Source: a bacterium (GTDB lineage Bacteria > Electryoneota > Electryoneia > Electryoneales > Electryoneaceae). Taken from it: a stretch of 64,000 nucleotides of DNA. Location: positions 608,001 through 672,000 of the forward strand of contig OY769902.1 of assembly GCA_963669175.1 (NCBI GenBank). Reading direction: 5' to 3'. This document shows positions 56,301 through 64,000 of this stretch, piece by piece (the stretch's first letter is position 1; every line of letters starts with the position of its first letter). The notes under the pieces were generated by a model. That model was given only the letters and a program-made list of their open reading frames with translations, did no database searches and was not told the DNA's origin. Made by a program: the position numbers and the translations under genes.

Positions 56301-58291
56301 ATTGGGACTATTTCGAAATGGTGGAAGCTTCGGGGATTTATACCTATTACGATGAGGCTAATGGTCGCTTCATCATTGAATGGTACCAATTGACCGACCC
56401 GAACTGTACGTTTGAGGTCATTCTGTTTGATTTGGATGTGGCCCCCTCCTTCAGTGGCGATAATGATATTCTGTGCCAGTATAAATCGTTTCAAATTGAT
56501 AGTTACGGCGGCTATTTCGATTATCCCTATTGGACCACGGGGATACAGAACCAGGCTCAGGACGATGGGCTGACGTATGCTTATTACAATATATACTCGG
56601 ATGGCGCCGCAACTCTCACCAACGAATCAGCCATTCTGTTCACCACTCGCCCCAGCATAGAAAGAAATATTGTCGGTGGGCATGTTTATGATTATTCAGA
56701 TTCGACACCTGTCGCTGACGCCCTGGTGACCATTAACAACAATTATACTGTTCAAACGGACAACCAGGGAATGTTTGCGTTCGAATATATCCACAGTGGG
56801 TTCGCATCTTTGACAGTGGAAGCTGATTGTTATCAAGACGTCGATTCAACCTTTCTGATTTTATCCGGAGACACACTGGATCTGGATGTATACCTGTACG
56901 CTCCGGGATTTGAGCTTTCTACAACCTTAATACGAGATACACTGACCTATAATCAGAGCTCAACTCATTCTTTTCCTGTATCTAATCCCGGCGATGGGAT
57001 TCTGGAATATTTTATTGACATTGAATCCACCCCTCGCAACATTGCCGCCACTGGCAAACGCTCGACATTTGCATCGGAATTGGATGAAATCTGGCCACGT
57101 GTTGTCAGTTTCGAGCTTGATCCTTCCGAATCCAGCTATCGTGGGCTCACGTTCGATGGCGAATCCTTCTGGATCAGCGGTTCAGACAATCAGAATATTC
57201 CCGACCCCAACATTTTATACCGGTATTCACCGGACGGAGTTTACCTCGGTTCTTTTGATCAGCCGGTTCCGCCCGAGCAGCGAAGCCGGATAGGCATGTA
57301 TGGTTTGGACTGGGATGATGGGTGCCTGTATGGCGTGGATAATGGCGTGTTGTACGAGATGACATTTAATGGTGAAGCATTTGAAATAAGTATGGCAATA
57401 GAGGTAGAAACAAACCCTGCGCGTTTTCTTATCGTTGATCCGGAACGTGGGCTTTTCTGGATGGGTGATGCCGGTGTCATGATTCGCGGGTATAATCTGA
57501 ACGGTGAGACGGCGCTGTATATCTCCCGGGAAGATCACCGCTTTTTTGCCGGTGATATGTTTTCCACAACACAGGGTTCAAGTATCAGGCTGATTGACTG
57601 GAACAGCGACAACCAGACAGCCACCTGCTATGAATTGGATGTGGATAATCGAATCTACACACCTGATCCTGATTTTCCTTCTGATGAGTTTAGCGACTCT
57701 CCTATCGGCATGTGTATCAGCCATGATGTAATTCCATCAATATGGACCATGGCCAGCATTATCCGCTTTGATGAGGTCGATAGTGTTTTCATATGGAACA
57801 TGGAACCTTTCCATGACTGGCTGGTCTTGCCTGTGCAGCATAGTACTATTGATCCTGGAGAAACCCGGAATGTTGAATTCTCCGTGTTAAGTTACCTGCT
57901 TCCCGAAGACACCTACACGCTGGATCTCGCATTCCGGCACAATGCCTGTACTGACAATCCGGATAGAGTAACTGTTGAACTGGTTGTCAATGACAACGCA
58001 GTTTCTGACAACGAACGGAACAGACCGGTCGAATGGGCGCTTGACGCCATCTGGCCCAACCCATTTAACCCCACCACTCAAATCCGGTTTGGCTTGAAAG
58101 AAGCAACGGCTGTTGATATTCGAGTTTTTGATATCCTGGGAAGAGAAGTCACAACGCTGGTGCAAGAACAAAGAACGGCAGGGTGGTATACAATTCCATT
58201 CACCGCCAATGGATTGGCCAGCGGAGTCTATTTTGTCCGGATTAACGCAGGACCGCTTCACGAAACCAGGAAGCTGGTTCTGTTGAAATAG
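53318..58291 (+). CDS. Secreted peptidase C25-like multidomain protein, paralog 3
   Basis: Same architecture; retains LPAILEYSCYTG Cys. Confidence 0.85.
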   Translation: MRKSARFSLLVLLVIVNAGICVARYPDSINPLSEMQVLECDRSAVGCNITLTFSQPAFGPVDSDSSLTIASYSGEILLQESGQPATPVLGGAFRLPASGGAHVSIVNAEYTTLTDIEYAAFAGELDEIAYSTCTLQQDAWYPGRLADIGEAAIFHDFRVANLLAHPVQVNPARNEVRVYSRMDIAIEYDGSDNNNCLPAPVTHISKTFLPWYRLLMDWDEGELDEYELYRGAVQVVMRDDDVLMTLMEDWFEWKRMKGWTLELLTDSDVEWSSVNIAGELASRYEENPFDFVVIIGDDQGSFTVPPGVGSGSPGGDQPYSTLAGGDNLADVHVGRISVNTAAQCSNASYKLVSYESEPCVDDSAGWFEHGLLHISDTHVDPQKKTMFRQMRSWMLERTYETVDTVFSTVDQDAIDIINDGVSFYSAQGYLGTALNQYQINELTNNSKLPAILEYSCYTGNWSQNTSLSEWWFRATNGDYPSGAIGTVGISTCSESQACLKTLNAGGAYSLIVLGDPHMGASLTGGKFALWQNLHGYNDSYYNNHCQWTNLIGDPTTWIWTDVPDTIVVNYTSTIEPGDHYYPVSVYNEATAIEGAWVTLYKVDNNEDFVATAETDASGYASLDLDIHFPGVATLTVTAQNCIPLQYNIAVDEAFQNIGFTELTIIDDGTRGTSGDGDGLADAGETIGLLFTLRNYGALEETNITLSATTDDFWLYDLTGTITLESLEPESETTLDDVILVTVDDQVRNHWLAPVSLRIDSDMGAYFDTIRLALHAPDLGIVADNINEGPGLQTLELEMFNLGSQTMSAGEIVLFSCSDNLELNTTLNTPELAVGQSCDLETEVTISDTCIPGQFAQIVALLYTDDGFSDTVSTQIVLGTPGDGDPAGPDNYGYYAFDIGDTSYAEYAPDYEWVEICPVEDPYHYEGTALPEQQGHSLISALVDLPFPVQFYGHTFEQVTITSMGFIAFGDQVGWPHNVSHRLPSAMAPQSMIAAYWDYFEMVEASGIYTYYDEANGRFIIEWYQLTDPNCTFEVILFDLDVAPSFSGDNDILCQYKSFQIDSYGGYFDYPYWTTGIQNQAQDDGLTYAYYNIYSDGAATLTNESAILFTTRPSIERNIVGGHVYDYSDSTPVADALVTINNNYTVQTDNQGMFAFEYIHSGFASLTVEADCYQDVDSTFLILSGDTLDLDVYLYAPGFELSTTLIRDTLTYNQSSTHSFPVSNPGDGILEYFIDIESTPRNIAATGKRSTFASELDEIWPRVVSFELDPSESSYRGLTFDGESFWISGSDNQNIPDPNILYRYSPDGVYLGSFDQPVPPEQRSRIGMYGLDWDDGCLYGVDNGVLYEMTFNGEAFEISMAIEVETNPARFLIVDPERGLFWMGDAGVMIRGYNLNGETALYISREDHRFFAGDMFSTTQGSSIRLIDWNSDNQTATCYELDVDNRIYTPDPDFPSDEFSDSPIGMCISHDVIPSIWTMASIIRFDEVDSVFIWNMEPFHDWLVLPVQHSTIDPGETRNVEFSVLSYLLPEDTYTLDLAFRHNACTDNPDRVTVELVVNDNAVSDNERNRPVEWALDAIWPNPFNPTTQIRFGLKEATAVDIRVFDILGREVTTLVQEQRTAGWYTIPFTANGLASGVYFVRINAGPLHETRKLVLLK

Positions 58292-58377
58292 GTGGTCAAT
58301 ATCAGGATAAGCAATGATTATCCTGGCTGATTGAGAACGTACATTAACTCTTCTGCTTGCAGAATCAGGGACAACGC

Positions 58378-61300
58378 ATGAAGTGGAAAATCAGAGCTTT
58401 ATGCCTGGTATTGATCTGTTGTTCGTTAGCGTCAGGCAACCTCTCTCCCGTTAACCCGATACTATCGGACGATTGCACTGCGCTATGTGTACAACAGTGC
58501 CTGCATACTTCTGATGGGATATCCCTTTCTCTTGCTTTCGAAACCCCGAAAATTGAAACCGTAGATGAATCCAATTCGTTGCAACTTGCCTCTTTCCCCG
58601 GTTCCGGAATGCGTCTGTACCCCGGAGAACCGGCAACTCCCATGATTGGCAGACTTTTTCGCCTGCCCCCAAGTGGTGGTGTAATGGTCGAGGTGCTCGA
58701 CGCCGAATACCAGACGTATACAGATGTTGATTATGCCGCCTGCGTTGACGAACTCGATGAGCTTGAGTTTGGCGCATGTTCTTCTGTTGAAGACGCCTGG
58801 TTTCCCGGACCGCTCGTTGAAGTTGGCGATCCAGCCATTTTTCACGATTTCCGTGTCGCAAACCTGCTTACCAACCCGGTGCAGGTTAATCCGGCGCGCC
58901 AGGAAGTCCGTGTATATAGCCACATGAACCTGGCCGTGAGATACAATTCCCATGACGACCGGAACACCCTGGCGCATCACCCCGCGAAACTGAGCTCCAC
59001 TTTTCTTCCCTGGTATCGAGATTTTCTGGATTGGGACGATGACGAACTGGATGAATATGAATTCTACCAGGGCAATGTGGTTGTGGTCATGCGGGATGAT
59101 GACGTTTTGTGGGAAAGCCTGGCAGATTGGATCGCATGGAAACGTCAGAAAGGGTGGAAACTGGATTTCCTGACCGATTCTGATGTGGACAACTGGACAA
59201 GCGATGGTATTATAAGTGAATTGATCCAGCGTTATGAAGCAGCCGAGGAGAAGTTTGATTTTGTTGTCATCATTGGCGATGATACCGGATCGTTTACAGT
59301 CCCGGCCTCGTCAGGATACGGGTCCGGATCCGGTGACCTGTTTTATACAATGCTGGCAGGTAACGATTACCTGGTTGACGTCGCAATCGGTCGAATGACT
59401 GTTGAAACATTTCAGCACGTGGTGATAGCAAGCCACAAAATCATCACTTATGAATGCGATATGTACCTGGAAGAACCTGTTTGGTACACGCGAGCCATGC
59501 TGAGTCGTTCGGACACGCACGAAGGCATTACAAAAGTCATGACCCTGAGGTACTGGAGATCATGGTTGAATGAAATAGGCTATACCCAGGTCGATACAAG
59601 TTGGGGCCTGGGAAATACCGCTGCGCTTGCAGCGATAAATGATGGTGTAAGTGTATACAGTCACCGTGGATATATTGGTTCAGGCATTCAAGCCAATCAG
59701 GTTTCAGCTCTGTCTAATGATTACATGCTGCCTGTCGTTATTGATTTAACCTGCTACACGGGAAACTGGTCTGGCGACACGGGAATCAATGAGACCTGGT
59801 TTCGGACCGGCGCCATCAATTCGCCTCGTGCGGGCATTGGCGCTATCGGCATGGCAACCGCCGCCAATCGTCCAAGTATGTTGAATCCTATCAGTGGAGG
59901 CGCTGCCTATTCGTTACTGGTTCAACGCAACCCTGAAATGGGTCTGGTCTGGATGGGAGGCGAGATCAACTTGTGGCAAAATCAACGGCTTAATAACCCC
60001 GCTGTTTCACAAGATGAACAGCAATGGTGTAACCTGATGGGTGATCCGACAACCTGGTTGTGGACCGCGGCTCCGGAATCTCTGTTTGTAAGCACACCTG
60101 ACCTGATCAACCTGGGAACACGCCAGGTGAATGTGCAGGTCACGGACAGCGAGAATAATCCAGTACCGAACGCGTGGGTTACTTTTTACAAGGTTGATGA
60201 AAACGAAGATGTTGTTTATTCCACACTTGCGGACGCTGATGGCTTCGCTTATTTACAAACCGAGTGTGACTATCCCGGCGAGAGCATCATTACTGTCAGC
60301 GCACAGAATTATCTTCCTTCCCAGACACCAGTTACTGTTTCTCTTGCCAACGATAATGTGAGTTTCGATGACTATGAGATCGTTGATGACGGGAATTACC
60401 AGACCATTGGCAATGGAGATGGTATTCCCCAGAATGGTGAAACGATCGGGCTACGGTTGAAACTGGCCTGTAATTCCGATATCACGCAAACGGGGATTTT
60501 TGTGACCGGTTCTTCGGCCGATCCATGTATTGAAGCTGTAACTGGTACGGTTGCCATACAATCAATGGAAGCCGGAGAATCGGAATGGGCGGATGAAGTT
60601 ATCCTGGTCGAACTGGCCGACATGATCGAGGATCACTGGATTGTGCATGTCGATCTTGAATGCACTGCCGACCAAAGCTTTCACACAACCACATGCAGCT
60701 TCCCGATTCGAGCGCCTCAATACGGTATTGTTACGACAACCATGAGCGACATTGAACCGGGCGGAAACGGCACACTATTCATCATGATTCAGAACACCGG
60801 AGGACACGAAGCGTCAACCATATCAGGTGTGATTTCAGCGTATGGCAACATGTTCCATTCATCTCAGGCCTACCGCCCTTTTGGAACCCTGAGCCCCGGA
60901 GAGACAAACAGTACAAGCTTTAGCATCACGGCTGCGCAGGACGCCCTTCCCGGCGCTCTTGTCCCCTGCCTGTTAACCTGACCTCAGGTAATGGCCACAC
61001 ATTTGACCTGGAATTCTCTGTCAACTTCGGTTCCGTTGACACTTCAGACGTTACCGGGCCAGACCAATACGGATATATCGCCATAGAGAATACGGACATT
61101 ATTCCCATCGATTCTCTTGTCCCGGTCTTTGATTGGATTGAAATCAATCCGGACTTGCAGGATGCCCAGTTTGAGGGAACATTGATAGACGTGGAAGACC
61201 CGGTAGAGAATGATGATGATGCCGCTGTTATTGAATTGCCATTTCCGATTCAGTATTACGGAAACACGTTCAATACCATGACAATCAGCACCAATGGATA

Positions 61301-63395
61301 TGTTGCGATGGGCAGCCAGACAGATCTTTCGCTGCCACGAAACTGGATCATTCCGTCACCCCTGGGACCAAACAATATGATAGCGCCCTATTGGGATGAG
61401 TTACGAACTGTAGGTGATGCAAACATTTCTTATTATTACGACAGTGACACGGGCGCCCTGATTGTCGAGTTTTTCAGGATGCGAGCCCATGAACCAGAAT
61501 TCGCGAACACGTTCCAGGTAATCTTTTACGATACAGCATTGCATCCTACGCCAACCGGCGACAACATGTTTGTCTTTCAGTATAATAGCTGCAACCATTC
61601 GGAAGGCGGCATGCGCTATGATATGCCATACTGGACTACAGGTATCGAAAACGGCGCCCAATCGGACGGCCTTCAGCTTGCTTTCCTGAATATTCTTCAC
61701 CCCAGCGTCACCAGTATCGGGGAAGGTCGTGCGATACTCTTTACCGCCGCCATGCACACAACGGATCGGAATCTCACCGGCACGGTCGTATCCCTGGCTG
61801 ATTCTTCTCCCATTCAGGAAGCGCTTGTTTACACCAATCCACTCAATGTCGTGGTGACTGATTCTACAGGATACTTCTGTTTACCGCTCCAAACCTCTTT
61901 GCCTATGCATGTCTATTTTGAAGCGGATTGTTTTAACCCGGTTTCACGCTTGCTCGACCCGCTTCAGGACGAAATAACCAATGTAACCGTTGCCCTGTCA
62001 AGGCCCGAATTTATTCTCAACACCGAAACCCTGATCGACACATTGTCCGAAAATGAAACAGCTTCGTTCACTGTTTCTGTTTCCAATCCCGGTGACGGCA
62101 TACTGCGATCAGCGCTTACATTTGATGTTCATCAACCGACCATGGCGCTTGAAAAACAGGGCCACCGGTGGATAAGGGAACTGGATGAAACATGGACACG
62201 CAGACCCGGATTCCAACTCTCTACTGAATCTTCCGGGTACCTGGGAATCACGCATAACGGCAGCAATTTCTGGATAAGTGGCACAAATCAGGACAACCCG
62301 AATAATGCCCACCTGTTATACCTGTACACTTCCAATGGTGAGCTGATTCGTTCCTGCAATCAACCTGTGCCGGAGGCAAACCGATCTGCCCTGGGCATGC
62401 AGGATCTGGCCTGGGAAGATGGCTACCTGTATGGCGCCGATGGCAATGTTCTTTACGAGATGGAGCTGAATAACGGCAACTTTACGGTTACCAACCAACT
62501 GGCGGTTCCTGTAAGTCCCGTAACTTATCTCGCCGTTGATTCGTACCGGGGACTATTCTGGTTGGGGAGTACACATACGTATATCACAGGTGTGAACCTG
62601 AACGGGGCTGTTGAATATTCAATTTTTAACGGTTCGTACAGTTTCGCCGGTGGTGACCTGCTACCATCTGCACAACTAAACGAAAACCTGGCGCTGCTAT
62701 CCTGGAACATGGCAACCCATCAGTACCGGGCTATTGAAGTTGTTCCCGAATCAGGAGAGGTTTTGCCCCTGGCAGATTTCACTGGTGGCCTGCTGGACAA
62801 CAGACCTACCGGCGCTTGTATTACCCATGATATGCAATTGTCTGCCTGGATTTTTGCTACAATTGCCCATTTTGAAGAGGTTGACAGCGTTCTCTTATGG
62901 GAAATCGGGCCTTATGACGACTGGGTTTCACTGCCTGAAGCCTACATTGAAGTTGATCCCGGCGAAACATTTGATTTTCCAGTTTCTGCATACAGCTCGG
63001 TGTTACCCCCAATGACGTACACCCTGGACCTGGTTTTCGACCACAACGCCTGCTCTGACAATAGCAACCGGGTGATGATCCAAATGGTGATTATTGATTC
63101 TGATACACCCGAAGAACTTCACGACAGACCATTAGAGTGGGCGCTGGATGCAATCTGGCCCAACCCGTTTAACCCGACAACGCAAATCCGGTATGGATTA
63201 AAAGAAACAACAACTGTTGATGTACAGATATTTGATATCCTGGGGCGTCAGGTAGCTATATTAGCTCATGAGACTCAACAGGCCGGGTGGTACACGATTC
63301 CATTCACGGCAAGCAATCTGTCCAGCGGCTTATACTTTGTACAAATTAACGCAGGCCCTCTTCACGAAACCCGGAAACTGGTATTGTTGAAATAA
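58378..63395 (+). pseudogene. C25-like paralog 4, split by a 1-bp frameshift at ~60977 (real lesion or sequencing error)
   Basis: ORF stops at TGA 60979-60981; homologous sequence (TSGNGHTF...TGPDQYGY) continues from 60981 in the frame of ORF 61155..63395; one added C (TTAACC[C]TGACC) restores a ~1,670-aa protein. Confidence 0.85.
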
Positions 63396-63503
63396 CTGGA
63401 GTTGCTTTTTATCATTCCATTTAACTTGTATACTTTTTCTACTTGTCAAGATTTTCCGGTGTTTCTGAAGGAAGAAACGCTTGTTATATTAAGGACTGAT
63501 CTT

Positions 63504-64000
63504 GTGAAGAGATTGCTCCTGTTTATCGTTCTGGCTGTTTTCAGCCTACAGGTCACCCGTGGTAACATCACCTGGGAGAACCTGCCACCAGAAGCGGCCA
63601 ATATCCTGCATGTGCAGCAATGCACCCGCACTGCTGACGGGCTGACCTTATCCCTTTCCTTCGAAGCGCCGGTATTTGAAACGATAGGCGAATCGGGATC
63701 GCTGCAATTGGCGTCCTTTGCCGGAAAAGGCATGCGCAATGACCCTGGCGAACCGGCCACACCCACGATAGGACGCTTGTTTCGTCTGCCTCCGACCGGG
63801 GGTGTTACTGTGGAAGTCCTTGATTTCGAGTTCGAGACCCTGACCGGCGTGGATTACGCTGCCTGCAGCAGCGAGCTGGATGAAATCGAGTATGGTTCCT
63901 GTGCAAACCGGGACGCCTGGTTTCCGGAAGCTCTTGTTGAGGTCAGTGATCCTGCCATTTTCCACGATTTCCGTGTCGCAAGCCTGCTGACCAACCCGGT
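63504..64000 (+). CDS. C25-like paralog 5, N-terminal part (runs off window)
   Basis: GTG start after AAGGA; MKRLLLFIV signal peptide, PGEPATPTIGRLFRLPPTGG, SELDEI, DPAIFHDFRVA as in the other paralogs. Confidence 0.85.
   Translation, partial: MKRLLLFIVLAVFSLQVTRGNITWENLPPEAANILHVQQCTRTADGLTLSLSFEAPVFETIGESGSLQLASFAGKGMRNDPGEPATPTIGRLFRLPPTGGVTVEVLDFEFETLTGVDYAACSSELDEIEYGSCANRDAWFPEALVEVSDPAIFHDFRVASLLTNP

Noticed and set aside
60979-60981. Selenocysteine or stop-codon readthrough at TGA
   Set aside because: Homology continues in a different frame, so it is a frameshift.

Overview
Bacterial DNA, probably from an anaerobe of the FCB superphylum (inferred only from the PNPFN-type C-terminal sorting domains and gingipain-like C25 proteins). 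It has two parts. (1) 1..~20505 is the right-hand end of an integrated mobile element, bounded by an isolated 3' half of tRNA-Arg(ACG) (att-like site). It carries DUF932 and a Rad52/22-family annealase, an AbiEi/AbiEii type IV toxin-antitoxin pair, a ~791-aa single-subunit RNA polymerase of the eukaryotic-RdRP/YonO (DxDGD, double-psi barrel) family, an HNH-HTH protein, an AEP primase-like Rep, and a complete type I-E CRISPR-Cas locus. The array has 40 repeats and 39 spacers plus a degenerate 41st repeat, and starts only 10 nt after cas2. (2) 20.5-64 kb looks like host chromosome. It holds a C69 dipeptidase, an orp-like NifX/MinD-ferredoxin cluster with a PAS sigma54 activator, a divergent Hmc/Tmc-like redox complex with an NrfD-hexaheme fusion and an unannotated 47-aa Cys-rich peptide, a secreted metallophosphoesterase, dinD, a GH13 lipoprotein and corA. 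It ends in a tandem array of at least 5 ~1,670-aa C25-like secreted proteins with altered catalytic motifs and a recurring ELD(E) junction motif. The best candidate for a new system is the tRNA-integrated element that combines an RdRP/YonO-like polymerase, an AEP Rep, an HNH protein and its own type I-E CRISPR-Cas. All family calls come from motif recognition by eye; no database searches were run.
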